A DNA stretch of 64,000 bases from Lytechinus pictus. Its lineage: Eukaryota. Of this stretch, positions 1 to 12,432 are shown piece by piece. The position numbers were made by a program, and so were the translations under genes. The stretch spans positions 9,116,001 to 9,180,000 of the forward strand of contig NC_087252.1 in assembly GCF_037042905.1 (NCBI RefSeq). The letters run 5' to 3'. The notes under the pieces are model-generated. The model had not been told where the DNA came from and ran no database searches. It saw nothing but the letters and a program-made list of their open reading frames with translations. The first letter of the stretch is position 1. Each line of letters starts with the position of its first letter.

Positions 1-349
1 TGTCTCGCCCGCGGCACACCCCTACCACTTTTTTGATCGAGTGCCCCCCCCCCCCCCCCCCCGGGTTCGTACCATGCATGCCGCTCGCATATTCAACTAA
101 CGTATATGTACGTGCACGCTATCAAATTATTAAAGTGCGTTGGAAAACCGGCCGGCGGGCGACTACGCACGCGCAAGTACCAGGCTCATCTCGGGCTCAA
201 CACGCACTCCACATACATACAATTATGTACACACATTATCAAAATTGTCAAAAAACGTAATTTGAAAAGAAAAACCATAATGCCGTAATTTGAATGAAAA
301 AACGTAATGATTACGGCAAAAACGTAATGGTTGGCAGCTCTGTATTATC

Positions 350-925
350 ATTATCACTGCCAAAATCATCACTATCATCTCATAGCAATACTCATCATCT
401 TTACCATCGTCGAGGTGACCACTACCATCATCACCAAAGCCATCTTCATCACAATCACCATAACTACAGCAACCACCATTCACCCTCATTATCATCACCA
501 TCATCATCACCATCATCACCATCATCATCATTAGCATCATGCCATAGCCATCATTATCACCATTAACCTCATCATCATCATCACCATCACCACCATCATC
601 ATCACCATCATCATCACCACCATCATCATCACCATCAACATCAGCAGGATAAGCATCACCACCATTATCATTATCACCATCATCATCACCATCATCATCA
701 TCACCCTCATCATCACCATCATCATCATTATTTGACATGACCCTCATCATCACCATCAACATCATCATCACCATCATCACCACCACCATCATCATCAGCA
801 TCATCACGCCATAGCCATCATCATCACCATCAACTTGCCACTGCAATTCACAATTGCCATCGTCACAACACCACTATTCTAATCAAATACACATCATCAC
901 CATCACAACCACAACCATCATAAAA
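350..925. repeat. degenerate (CAT/CAC)n microsatellite in maelstrom intron 7
   Basis: Long run of catcatcac-type triplets. Confidence 0.95.
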
Positions 926-980
926 TTCTCACCTTCAACACCCCAACCCATCCCCTAACCCTCCATACTCTCCCCCTCAC

Positions 981-1125
981 CTCGTATCCTTCATGTAATC
1001 CCAGGCCGATGACGCAAGAAGCGCAGAGACCTGGCTCCGGGATGGAACGATCTCTCCCGCATTTCTGAACAGTTCTAGAATCAGGAGCTCAGCTTCGTAG
1101 ACCTTGGTCAAATTGTTTGACATTC
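981..1125 (-). CDS. mael: maelstrom coding exon 7
   Basis: Acceptor ctctttcag; GMSNNLTKVYEAELLILELFRNAGEIVPSRSQVSALLASSAWDYMKDT+AG; donor GTGAGG. Confidence 0.88.
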
Positions 1126-4100
1126 CTGAAAGAGAGCAGGAAGTATGAAAGAAAGAAATGTCAAACCAGGGCTGAATGAACACTTAATTTCCGATTGGGC
1201 TACGCCCGCTTCCAATTCATCTCATCCCACATGGTCTAAACCAATACTTTGTCTTCAACCAGTACCATTTGCTTCTTGAATTTCTGTGATATTATTCATA
1301 TTTTTCATAGATTCTCCAAATTGATTGAGGTGGTGCCGTGGTTGAGTGGTCTAAAACGCCTAAACCAGACACAGGAAAGCCTGGGGTCTGATCCCGTGCC
1401 ACAACACCTGTGCCTGTGAGCAAGGCATTTAACATTCTTGGTCAACAATGTGTGCACTTTTTTTCTTTAAAGAAAAAAAAGAAAGAAGCAGCTACTTACC
1501 CCCGTTCCTGGCCATCCAAGAGAGAGTGAATTCTACCACTTCCCGACAACGTAGCTATGATCATAAAAACAAAATATACTGTACTAACATAATATGCAAC
1601 ATATATATAGCACTTAATACAATGTTTCTAAGCATGTACCTACGCATTGCATTTTATATCATTAGTAGTAAACATAGGCAATTACACAGAGAGATTTAAC
1701 ATTATTTATTTAAATAATCCAGCTATTATTATCATTATCACTGCCAAAATCATCACCATCATCTCATAGCAATACCCATCATCTTTACCATCCTCGAGGT
1801 GACCACTAGAGTTATTTAAATAACTCTGATTTCAAATAACTTATTATCAAGAAAAAAAAATATTCACAACAAATTTCCTGAATTTCACTCCATATTTGTA
1901 TGCTTCTTCTAAAGGGTTTTAAATGTCAATGATTTTCCAAAGAATTCCCACTCCTATTTTTTTTTTTTAAGAAACTGTTTTGGTTGCTTTCAAACGGGGA
2001 TACCTTATCCATCTGCAACCTCCCCACCCCTCCTGTCCCTTTCTGTGACAAAGTCACCTTGTAAAATGATGGTGGCTTGATCCCCTATCCCTTTTTACTT
2101 TCCCCCACTGTTTCTTCCTTCACCTCCTCTGGCTTTTAAAACAGAAAGTCATGCTACACAATGAAGGTGGCATAAATGTGCAGAACCTATTCCCTTATCT
2201 TTACCTCTCGCATTCCTACCCCAAAATCCCCACCCCCCCCCCCCCCCCCCCCCGGACAACCAGGTCAAAAATGCACGCTTGGTAAAAAATACCTAAACAA
2301 TATACCTGAATATGTGCACATGTGGTAAAATTTCAATCAACAAACCATGAATCTGGATCCACATTATCTTAGCATCCCGATCCCCTCCCGTTACTTCTCC
2401 CTCTCCGAATCCCATATCAACCCCCCCCCCCTTCCCCCACATGCATGCTACCTACAACTTTTTTTTCTGGTCAATTTGTTCAATTTTGTGTATTTATTAA
2501 TTTCATTTTCTGTATTGTATAAGTAGGTGATTTTGCGCCTTGAGTGTCATTGACAGATATGTGCGCTATACAAATCTTAAATTATTATTATTATTAACTC
2601 ACCTCACAAAATAACGGTGGCATTACATGCTGTCTATTAGGGTTCACAAACGCTATAAGATCCCTCCAGATCTCTTTATAGTTATCGTTATACTGCTCAA
2701 ATCCTTCTGCCGGAATCTTGTGGATATCCTCGCCTACAAATGGTAAAGAAGTGGTATCATGATGGTTAATCATCATTCGGTTTGTGTCCACTTGAGCTAC
2801 AAGCAGATCGGCCAATTACGTGGATTCACAATACGGTGCGCCATCTATCGGTTGCGGTGGACAGGCTTATTTCCAACTTCGGGGTCGACATCACATGCAG
2901 GCGCAGGCAGCGCTAAGTGCTAGTGTACTGTAATGTGATTGTGATGCTTCAAAATGATGCTTCATAAAACCATATGGCAAAAGCGGAGGAAGAATTCACC
3001 GAAATAGCAATATGCAGCAAATTCCTCTCCCACCTCCTGAACCCTGGAAAACACCATAATTTCATGCAAGCCGGCCGAGCCGCATCAGCAAGAGCAGCAT
3101 GACTGCATGCATGCAATTATAGCATGCGTAACACAGACATCAACTTTTTTCCCATGAGGCATTGCGGATTTCGGCTTGTCCGCTGAAACCGATAGGAGGC
3201 GCACTGTATTGCGAATCCACCGAATTGTCAGATGCTTGACAACATCATGGTTAAACCCACTCAGTCTTTTATCAGTTCGGTCTTATTACCATTTGGTGTA
3301 GTCACAACTCTCTAAAAGAAATCATTAAAAAGAACCCAGTTCTTACATAGAAAATATTCTTTTTTCTACTATCAATAATTATTACCGGGGGGGGGGGGGG
3401 GGTGTTTCACAAAGATTTAATTATGACTTTGAGTCGCACTTAAATTCCTAGTTGCGTGAATTCTAAAAGACATCACTGCATTGGTCAGATCATGCGAAGG
3501 GGACACGCACTACCGCGTATCCATCAATCAGATTCCGCGTTGCATATCATGTACGCGTCGGCATTTAAGTGCGACTCTAAGTCATACTTAGATCTTTGTG
3601 AAACACCCCTCTGGTCTTTGGTAAGCTTTCGGTTGCCAGGCTGCAGGCTTCACCTTCGTCATAGCTGTTGTTGTTGCTGAAGCAGCATGATGAAGCAATA
3701 GAATGGAATCGTAGGAGGAGAAAGCGTATTGTCCTAAGCATGGAACGGGACCCCCCTATGAATAGAAACTTGGGACATTTGCAATATCCTATCTCCTCCA
3801 CGAACAATCCCTTTCTAATGCTTTGGGGTGCTGCTCCAACAACAGCCGCTACGGCGAAGGTCTGACGAAGCGTGCAGTCTTGCATGCAAAAGCCTTAACC
3901 TAACAAGTTAAAATCCTTGATTGTGGAGAAAAAAAAAATTATGTCTACCCGGCAATCAGATGAATCTTTTCAGTGATCCTAGTTCTTACCTTGCACTTTG
4001 CACAGGTATCGAGTGCCCATCGGGAGTTTGCCAGGATCCGGGAAGCAATGGAAGCGTTTGGTGATGCCGGCACTCATGGTATACTCTACGCACGCTAGTT

Positions 4101-7100
4101 CACACGGAAGGTACGTGTCATCATCGGGGACTTGGCATAATGTCTTTACAGCTATCATGTAGAATGGATGATTGGCTATGTCTAAAGGGAATTGAAAAGA
4201 CATGATCTTTCCATCATTCAAGCCAGATCTCATGAGGATCGGAAGACAAATTTTAGTGGCTGTTTCTGACGAAATGGTTGATGAAAAGGTTGAAAACATA
4301 ATCTTGTACTGAAGAGCAACAACTCAAATGATTTAAACTTCAAGCAACTGATTTCTTTGTCAACCAAGATTCAAACAACAATAATAAATTAGAGCACACT
4401 CCCTCATCCTCCTCATTTGGTTCAAAGAGACCTGAAGAGTTTAATATCGAAGAAAAGCAAACGTTCCTCTGTACAGTGGTGCTCAAAAGTTAGTGAACCC
4501 CATCCGAAAATAAACATATTTAAAGTATTTAAGATCTGCCAGGTCTAGGATATTTAATTTAATGATAAAATATTCCAAACATTGTGGTGTCAGTTGTCTG
4601 CACTCAACACTCAGCATGAAGGAATGCATTTTGTGTTGGGGTTCACTAACTTCTGAGCACAACTCACTGTACATCTGGACAAGCCTTCAAATACTTTTAA
4701 AACGTTACACTGTACAACTGAACAAGCCTTCAAATACTTTACCTACACCAGTAGACCATGATGATTTCAGGGCAGCAGCCTCGGTTCGTCTTCTCTTTTC
4801 AAGGTAATCACTCACTGAAAAACGATTCTAAAAGATTCATGAGGAAGGAAAGGAATATATGATATAAAGGACAACAAGTACAACATGATGATGATGATGA
4901 TGATGACGATGAGAGAATAACAGTATTAAAATTCACAGTAATTATAATACTAAAAATAATGATACTAATAACAAATAAAATATTGAAAGATGTAAATACC
5001 AGGTAAATGGTAATAATGATGATAATACTACTGTGAATCGCAAACCTAAAAACAATGCCAAAACTAAAATAGTAACACTGATATTATGAAACTATTCATG
5101 GATGTAATATTTGAAAAGATAAATTAGATTTATTATGGTACACTATTGCTATTGGCCCAACCTAAACCTCCTCCTGAGTCCTCCCTATTGGTTTTGCAAA
5201 TGAAGCTGGCTCAGGCGAAAGAAGGAATCTATTAACAGCTACATGTACATGTATCTCACATTCACATACACTTTTACATCATATATATGCCATCATTGCA
5301 CAAGTATTATAAAATCATAAACGAGGATATGAGGAAAATCTTTTGCCTTTGGATATATTGCAACAAAAACAAAAAAGATATCATTAGGTACAATATATCG
5401 ATAATTACAAATATTCCCTTTGAAGACAATGATTCTAAAATTTTAAAGACTTGTAAACTGTTTCATTGGGTTGTAAGTCATGTACATGAACAGCATTTTT
5501 ATAATCTAAATGTCAATGTAAATTGACTGAAATCTTGTATTGCAACATGGACTGTTGCCCAATTTGGAAGTGAGCCAACATTTTGGAGAAATGATTTTGC
5601 AACCTCCAGTTCAAAACACTGAGTTGTTTCACAATCCACAGAAACGTATGGAAAGCCACTTGTCTACTCAACTCTGATTCAATAAATGCATGCATGAAAT
5701 CTGCACAACACGTTTGTATGAATTTATGCCTCAGTGCAAGTTTCCCAAATCATATAACGTCCAGTTTTCTATTCAGAGTTATGTGAGGAAAATGATTGGT
5801 GTTAACGTTGTTTATATTTGGTTCAGGTTTTGTTTAGCTTGATCTAGAGATTTTCCAATGGAACAATCGCCACAAGAAAATGTTCAATTCTGTTTCTCCC
5901 GTTACCAATACTAGAGCCAAACATTAAATGTGCTACAATGATACACTACTTTACATCGTCGATAAACCTATCTCTTGATATTATTCTACAGCGTACCATG
6001 TACATCAAGTCAAAGACGGCAAGTTTTGCTATTAATTAGTATCAGGGCTTAACAACCAATTGCAATCAAGGTTGCCACGGTAATTAGGTGTTAATAAAAT
6101 GGGACCCTGAACTAAAGAGTGAGCCAACATTTTGGACAAATGAATTTCCATATATTTCTGTGGATTGTGAAACAACTCATTGTGTTGATTTAGAGGTTGC
6201 AAAACTGTTGGCTCACTTCCTCACTTCCGTGAATTAAGAAGAAGAGGAATATGTTACCGTGATGAGTTGCCCTGTGCAATCCAATTTCCCTTCATATCCT
6301 GACGCTCCCTTGTCTTCTTTCTTCTTTTGTTTGGCGCGAGCTGTGTACTCCTTCTGAATATCTTCTGGAAGCATCTGGAATCAGAGGAAGAAAAAAAGGC
6401 GGCTTTTTTATGTCATTGTATGAGTGTCAGCTACAAGTACCATAGGGAGCAGGGTAAAAATACACGGGTGCTGGGGGGTGACGGGTGCCCCCAAAATGCT
6501 CAAAAGAGCACTGGAAGCTCAAAAGGGAGCCCTAAAAAATACCCATTCATTGAAATTTTAAAGCTTATCAAATGTTGCAGATTTTTATAGGCAATAAGTT
6601 GTAAAAAGCAGCCCCCACCCCCTTAGAAAAAAAAACAATGGGGGGGCCTGATAGGGATTGAATTATTTGCTGAATCCAGATTTTGTGAAAAAAGCATTGG
6701 AAATATGTCTTGTCTTTCCGTTGATGCCCACAATCAAAGTGTTGATTATTATGGCAAAGTTGGCAAATATCTCATGTCCCATGATCCTTTGCATAAATCT
6801 ATTTACTATAAGGTCAATCAACTTGATTTTTTATTGGCATTGCGGTAAAGTTTTTCAGTTTAAGATACGATCCTAAAAAATTTGCAAATTGAAATATCGT
6901 CCGTGAACTCGGAACAAAACCTCAGATTTCTTCATTTGAATAAAAGCAAAAGTTATGAAGAAAATTATGAGTTTACAGAAAAAAAATTATATCTCTATGA
7001 GAGGGAGAGAAGGTTTGACTAGAGCCCAGCCACTCCTGGGGCAAGCGCAGAGGTTAATCATGTGCATTTTGAACACTATTCATTGTCAGGCCTCGGAACA

Positions 7101-8901
7101 GCTCCAGGCCAACGCGGACTCACTCATCATTCCTGCCGGAACTACCCCGCTACTAATCCCCCATACCGTTACCAAATACTCACTTTCCACTCGGGATGCG
7201 CAATTGCATGGGACCATGTCTTGCATCAAAACTTTACGGCCTTCCAACAGTAGAGGCGCACGGCCAATATTGGAGACTGTCTCCAATATCAGAGACTTTT
7301 GTAAAGAATTGGGGTATCCAATTTCAGAGACAGTCTCCAGTTTTGGAGACCAATTTCCTTTGTTTACATTTGCTGCAAAAGGATTACCTCGGCGGCAAAT
7401 AAAAATGTGATAAGGAGATTCCTCATGAAAAGTTACCCCTTTTCACCGTCTACTTTAAATATTTTGTTTTGATAAGGATTTTTGAAGTCAATCACACACA
7501 AAACAAATGGGCTTCTGACCTCAGTGAGACAAAATTTTGGGTGGAAAAAATCATGCTTTTGTTCGTGTTGTTTCTTTTGTCCTTTTGTAAAGCAAGTCTC
7601 CAATGTGGGAGATTGTCTCCCCTATTGGAGAGTCTCCCATATTGGTCGTGCGCCTCTACTGTCCAAGAAAATATCTCATGTCCCATGATACTTTGCATAA
7701 ATCTATTTGCGATTAGGTCAATCAACTTGATTTTTCATTGGCATTGCGGTAAAGTTTTTCAGACTTTAAGATACGATCCTAAAAAATTTGCAAATTGAAA
7801 ATAAATAATCGTCCATGTCATGAACTCGGAACAAAAGGTCAGGCTCAGTCCTCAGAGTAGGGAGTTCGGTGAAAATGCCACTTTCACAATTTGTATCTGT
7901 CTGTGCACCCATGTATAAAACAAATATGAAGCCATTAGAGGAGGAAAAACCCTATATAGAAACCTATACCATGAGAAACTTTGAAGTTTTATGAATAAAA
8001 TGATGTATAATTCAAGGGCATGCCTTGCCCCGCATAGCAGCGCATTGCACTTTAAAAAAAAGTATTACACAGTCCCATTCATTGCATTTTGTGTAAGTTA
8101 TGAAAATCTACTTTTTGCTGTAAAAAAAATCTGCACATTCTCCCGTTTAAACAGAAATAACTCTGTCAATATTTGACATCATGAGTTGATTTATGCACCA
8201 TTCTTTTTCTTATTTCACAAGCTTTCCAATGGTACCAAATTTGTTGGGATTCCTTCAAGATTTCAAAAAGCAACTGTCTCCCCCACTCAAACAAGCCTTT
8301 AATATTTTTTTTGACAGAACAAAATTTGCATATTTTCCCCTGTAAATTGGAATATCTCCGTCAATATATCAGACAATGAGTTAAATGAAGCACCGTTATT
8401 TTTCTTATTTCACAAGCTTTCCAATGATATCAAATTTGTTGGGATTCTTCAAGATTTCAAAAAGTCACCAAACTCCCTACTCAGACTCAGTCTCAGAGTC
8501 AGATTTCTTCATTTGAATAAAGCAAAAGTTATGAAGAAAATGATCTCTATGAGAGGGAGAGAAGGTTGGCATGCCAGAAGGTTTTACTAGAGCCCAGCCA
8601 CTCCCGGCGCAAGCGCGGAGGCTAATCATCATGTGCATTTTGAACACCATTCATTGTCGGGCCTCGGAACAGCTCCAGGCCACCGCGGACTCACTCATCA
8701 TTCCTGCCGGAACTACCCCGCTACTACTAGTACTAATCCCCCATACCGTTACCAAATACTCACTCTCCACTCGGGATGCGCAATCGGGACCATGTCTTGC
8801 ATCGAAACTTTACGGCCTTCCAAACGCATTTCTTCCTGTTTTTCCAGCATGAACATGTAGAACCCATTATACTGCTTCTTTGGCTTCTTTTTAGGAGGCA
8901 T
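981..8901 (-). CDS. mael: Maelstrom (HMG-box + MAEL domain), 5' part, 7 coding exons: join(8764-8901,6258-6374,4743-4827,3990-4181,2603-2733,1500-1554,981-1125); continues beyond left edge
   Basis: All six introns are GT-AG with consistent phases (0,0,1,1,0,1; last donor phase 2), giving one open frame: MPPKKKPKKQYNGFYMFMLEKQEEMR...HPEWR/MLPEDIQKEYTARAK...KLDCTGQLIT/...YLPCELACVEYTMSAGITKRFHCFPDPGKLPMG.../EDIHKIP...PPLFCE/...WDYMKDTR. An N-terminal HMG box followed by the PCE-x-A-x-V-EY, H-x-F-x-DPG and HKIP motifs matches my recollection of Maelstrom. Confidence 0.92.
1327..1432 (+). mobile_element. degenerate tRNA-derived SINE 5' fragment
   Basis: A-box-like TGGTTGAGTGG, degenerate B-box GGTCTGATCCC, followed by GTGCC...GAGCAAGGCATTTAA core like the other SINEs here. 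Confidence 0.55.
1500..1554 (-). CDS. mael: maelstrom coding exon 6
   Basis: Acceptor catag; LRCREVVEFTLSWMARNG+G; donor GTAAGT; supplies the required phase 0 to 1 bridge. Confidence 0.85.
2535..2596 (+). mobile_element. L2-type LINE/SINE 3' tail
   Basis: GCGCCTTGAG...GCGCTATACAAAT followed by (TTA)n. Confidence 0.55.
2603..2733 (-). CDS. mael: maelstrom coding exon 5
   Basis: Acceptor tttgtag; GEDIHKIPAEGFEQYNDNYKEIWRDLIAFVNPNRQHVMPPLFCE; donor GTGAGT. Confidence 0.9.
2813..3227. mobile_element. non-autonomous TIR element (MITE)
   Basis: ~38-bp imperfect TIRs CAATTACGTGGATTCACAATACGGTGCGCCATCTATCGG / CCGATAGGAGGCGCACTGTATTGCGAATCCACCGAATTG. Confidence 0.75.
3399..3609. mobile_element. MITE with GGGG termini (Harbinger-like)
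   Basis: ~48-bp TIRs GGGGTGTTTCACAAAGATTTAATTATGACTTTGAGTCGCACTTAAAT / ATTTAAGTGCGACTCTAAGTCATACTTAGATCTTTGTGAAACACCCC. Confidence 0.8.
3990..4181 (-). CDS. mael: maelstrom coding exon 4 (MAEL domain start)
   Basis: Acceptor ccctttag; DIANHPFYMIAVKTLCQVPDDDTYLPCELACVEYTMSAGITKRFHCFPDPGKLPMGTRYLCKVQ; donor GTAAGA. Confidence 0.92.
4743..4827 (-). CDS. mael: maelstrom coding exon 3
   Basis: Acceptor cttttag; NRFSVSDYLEKRRRTEAAALKSSWSTGV+G; donor GTAAAG; phase 0 to 1 fits the neighbouring exons. Confidence 0.82.
5566..6220. mobile_element. MITE with ~80-bp imperfect TIRs
   Basis: GGAAGTGAGCCAACA...TGAGTTGTTTCACAATCCACAGAAA mirrored by TTTCTGTGGATTGTGAAACAACTCA...TGTTGGCTCACTTCC; no TSD seen. 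Confidence 0.7.
6258..6374 (-). CDS. mael: maelstrom coding exon 2
   Basis: Acceptor ttccag; MLPEDIQKEYTARAKQKKKEDKGASGYEGKLDCTGQLIT; donor GTAACA. Confidence 0.88.
7178..7247 (-). pseudogene. duplicated 3' fragment of maelstrom exon 1 with its splice donor
   Basis: Copy of 8758-8823 (codons 27-46 + GTGAGT) with a 4-bp insertion (frameshift) and a few substitutions; part of a tandem duplication 6765-7247 vs 7669-8823. Confidence 0.88.
7248..7661. mobile_element. MITE at the junction of the exon-1 duplication
   Basis: TIRs CAGTAGAGGCGCACGGCCAATAT / ATATTGGTCGTGCGCCTCTACTG; flanked by TCCAA on both sides; internal GGAGAC/GTCTCC palindromes. Confidence 0.85.
7855..8482. mobile_element. TIR element with GAG...CTC ends (Sola-like termini)
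   Basis: TIR GAGTAGGGAGTTCGGTGA / TCACCAAACTCCCTACTC; absent from the paralogous copy at ~6920; internal ~65-bp direct repeat (8205-8270, 8400-8465). Confidence 0.75.
8764..8901 (-). CDS. mael: maelstrom coding exon 1 (HMG box N-half)
   Basis: ATG at 8901-8899; 46 codons MPPKKKPKKQYNGFYMFMLEKQEEMRLEGRKVSMQDMVPIAHPEWR; donor GTGAGT at 8763. Confidence 0.9.
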
Positions 8902-9005
8902 TTTACAATCAAAGATTTAGTTGACAGTTGAAGAAAATATCAGATTTACTGAAAATTCGGCAGCGTGATTTCCAAGATATCACGCAAGTTGTAGTGTACT
9001 ATGAA

Positions 9006-9013
9006 GCGCCAAA
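9006..9013 (-). promoter_or_regulatory. E2F-type motif TTTGGCGC ~105 bp upstream of the maelstrom ATG
   Basis: Exact TTTSSCGC consensus match near the presumed promoter; function inferred only. Confidence 0.35.
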
Positions 9014-9737
9014 CTGCAAATTATAAGGAATTTTCGGACCATTGACATTGTTTTTTCTTTAATCTCCCCAGATTAATAAATAGGGACGTAGGCTTGGATG
9101 TGCCATGACTTCTCCCTCTGTATAGTTGATAGAGAAAGGGCTCTTCTATGTTGTCCAAGTGGTTTCAAGAAAATAAAAGTGACTTTACGGTACTGCAGAA
9201 CCCCTTCCTTTATAATAAAACACCCTTTCCCCTTTTTAAACAGACCTGTTCTGTTAAATTGCAGAAAAATTCCTGTTTTATGAATTTACAGAATGATTCT
9301 GTTATTTCTTTCTGCAAAATCTTCTTTTTTTAGTATATACAGTGGAGAAAAGGGGTGGGGTAACTTCAAGAGCCCATGCAGGAAGGTATAGGCTTTGATG
9401 TGCCAGGATGTAGCTCCCTATATAGAAAAGCTATTGGCTCTTCTATCCTGTCCAAGTTGTTTCAAGAAAATAACTTTACGGTACAGCAGAAACAACTTTC
9501 TGCCTCAATGGGGGCTTCAAAATGGTGAATTTTCCAATAAATATGTGCATATATACATATTTATATATTCCCGGCAGAGACATTTTTTCGGCATCACCAA
9601 TTTTTCCAAAGGGTAGATAGCTCTGGGGAACCTTGATTTAAGCTACGCCTACCATTGTTCTCTTCATTCATTTCTTTACAATATTTAAATAAAAAGAGTT
9701 GCCAAAGCTGTTGTACATGTATAACTTCACACATTTT

Positions 9738-9745
9738 TATATATA

Positions 9746-9840
<95 letters not shown>

Positions 9841-9897
9841 ATGTATATTCATTCATTTATTTATTTATATAGATATATATATATATATATATATATA
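9738..9897. repeat. (TA)n microsatellite
   Basis: Direct reading. Confidence 0.95.
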
Positions 9898-10867
9898 AAC
9901 CCATGAGTTTATATTGATTATTGGCGCAAAAAATGTCAGACGTTGGCATCGACGATTGAAATCCTCTTTTAATAAGATAAATGAAAAAAAATCGTATATA
10001 CAAAAGAAAAATTACTGATAATGTTAATTTGTTAACTCATCGTTTGCATAACGTTTGTTGGAATTTATAATCTGATGATGCAAATTTCAGCTTTAACCAA
10101 AAGTTTTTGCGTATAATATGATTGTCGTCCTTTACGTAAAATAAATATTGGAAAAAAACGTACAAACAAACCGTGGATTCATTATGAATTTTTATAAATT
10201 ATTTTAAAAAATGTCGATTGTATAAAAAAAAATAATTAGGAATCCAACAGAATTCAGACATTCAGTGTATTTAAACAGTTTAGAAATAGAGTCACTTGTG
10301 ACATAAAAAGAGCTAAATATAATGAAAGCTACATGGAAAACAATCAATGAAGCATTATAGGTGTTGATTTTAGATCAAAGCAGCGAGTTGGTAGAATATA
10401 TTAATGGTCAGGATGTTACAAATAAAAACCTGAGATATCCGAAACATTTAATGATTACTTCGTGAATATTGGCTTTAATCTAACAAGTAATGATAAATAT
10501 TGTAATACTACTTCCCAACACCAGGTAATTAAAAATCTGTCTCCTATAATCTGTAGGGAAATCGTTAATAAGTCTGTTTTAAAGAATGGAACCATATAGC
10601 AGAATGTGATGGCATTGATATTCATATTATAAAACGGATAATTAATGTAATTTCTGCACCCCTTTGTTTTATGTTTAATTTATCTATATTACAATTGGTT
10701 TATTTCTTATTCCAGTATTAAAGAACGGCAATACCAGTGACATGACAAACTATCGACCTCTTTCTGTTCTTCCGTTATTTTTGAAGATATATATTTGGAG
10801 AAAAAAATGTTAAACAAACGATGAAATTATTTTTTTGTCTTCATGGAATATTTGGTGGGGATTTTTG

Positions 10868-11063
10868 TTTTACCTGATTGCTAAGAAAGCATGAATGCTT
10901 GTAATCAAGCAACCAGAGGACCGACGGCTTAAGGTCCTCTCCGAAGGACCTGGTAATGAGGATTAATGCCTTACCAAAGGGCACTAGCGCACCAAGTGGG
11001 AATCGAACCCGGGTCACCGGAATACGAATCCCCCGCTCTACCGGACTGAGCTATCGCACCTCC
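10868..11063 (-). mobile_element. tRNA-derived SINE
   Basis: Minus strand: GGTGCGATAGCTCAGTCCGGTAGAGCG (A box)...GGGTTCGATTCCC (B box), then non-tRNA body GTGCCCTTTGGTAAGGCATTAATCC. Confidence 0.85.
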
Positions 11064-12006
11064 TTTTTATTTTGCAATCAATATGGATTTCGTTCGGGTC
11101 ACTTTGCATCTTTGGCTCTTTTCTATTTTATTGATAAAGTTTCAGTCTATAGATTATAAGGATTTCATGATTGATTTGTTTTTAGATTTAAGTAAAGCGT
11201 TTGATTCTTTGGATCATAATATAATGTTTACTAAATTAGAAATTTATGGATCGTGGTAATTTGTTATCCTTATTCAGAAATTATTTGTCTAATTGCTTTC
11301 AGTTTGTTAATTTCGATAGCCAAAAATCTTCATATAGGTTGATTCGATGCGGAGTGCCCCAGGGTTCCATACTTGGCCCTTTCCTTTTTTAAATTTACAT
11401 TAATGATATTATTAGTTCTTCCACACTTCTGCATTTTATTTTATTCGCAGACGACATCAGTGTATACTCATGCCAAGTCCAGATTTAAGTCTATTAATAA
11501 ATACGTTTAATAATGATTCGATCAAAGTGAATTATTGGTTGATCAACATTAAACTAGTAGTTAATATATATTAAAAAAAAACAATTTATCATATTTACAA
11601 AAAAAAAAATTTACCTAAATGATATCATTCTACAATTCAATGGTCAGATCATATCCCAAATTTCTGTGGTTAAATTTCATTGTGTGTATCGACGATAAAC
11701 TGACTGGGCATGATCACATTGGTGTCGTGTGCAATCGGCATTGCAAAATATACAGGTGCTCTCTACAGACTTAAGCATTCCTCAGTGTATTTTAGTTATG
11801 TTATTCAATGATTTTATCACACATAAACTAGTGTAATATTGCATGGGCTGGTGGGAATGATTATTTTATTTCCAAATTATTCATACTTCAGAAAAGGGCG
11901 ATTCTAATGCCCACAATGCCCACTCATCTCCACTTTTTCCTACAGTATACGAAACGAATTCTTTTAATATTGCCGCTTTTATGTTTCTGTGTTCAAAAAG
12001 ATTGTT

Positions 12007-12432
12007 TTTTTGTAATTCATGTTTTATTGATCCTTTTCATCAAAATATACATAACACTGAAACATTCATGATATAATGGATCACATATAAAAGTTCAGAT
12101 GACGTTGGCATATAACTGAATAACATGTCTAACATACAAAATAGTATACGATAAGAAAACATATATGTTTGTTTACAACAACAAAAATTCAGGCACTTGG
12201 CCTATATATAAAAATAAACATAACAAAAAACAGCCTTCTGCTTTATCGCCTCTTTAAAGTATTCAGAATGATAGCCCAGCATGCACTTGTCATCATGTTT
12301 TCCTAATTTGCATTTCCTTTGTGCTATGGTATGTTCAACAGTTTCAAATGATAAAAGAAAGTTACAAAAATGGGGGAGAGTAGGTTTTGTTTCGTCACAT
12401 CGACATCTAAAAATATATTGTTTATCTGACAA
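12007..12432 (-). mobile_element. 5'-truncated L1/Tx1-group LINE 3' end
   Basis: ORF2 C-terminus remnant KQYIFRCRC...VEHTIAQRKCKLGKHDDK, AATAAA and short A tail; 14-bp TSD TCAAAAAGATTGTT (11993-12006, 12433-12446). Confidence 0.85.

Noticed and set aside
223..846. 207-aa Asp/Met-rich and His-rich ORFs
   Set aside because: Translations of the (CAT)n microsatellite inside a maelstrom intron.
341..1810. ~85-bp duplication (341-428 vs 1725-1810)
   Set aside because: Short low-complexity intronic copy with no evident function.
3577..3885. 102-aa minus-strand ORF in maelstrom intron 4
   Set aside because: Not needed for the phase-consistent maelstrom model and has no recognisable motif.
9594..9906. 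(YI)n ORFs
   Set aside because: Translations of the (TA)n repeat.
10990..11063. possible tRNA gene
   Set aside because: A and B boxes run into a SINE body without a proper acceptor stem or terminator; called SINE.
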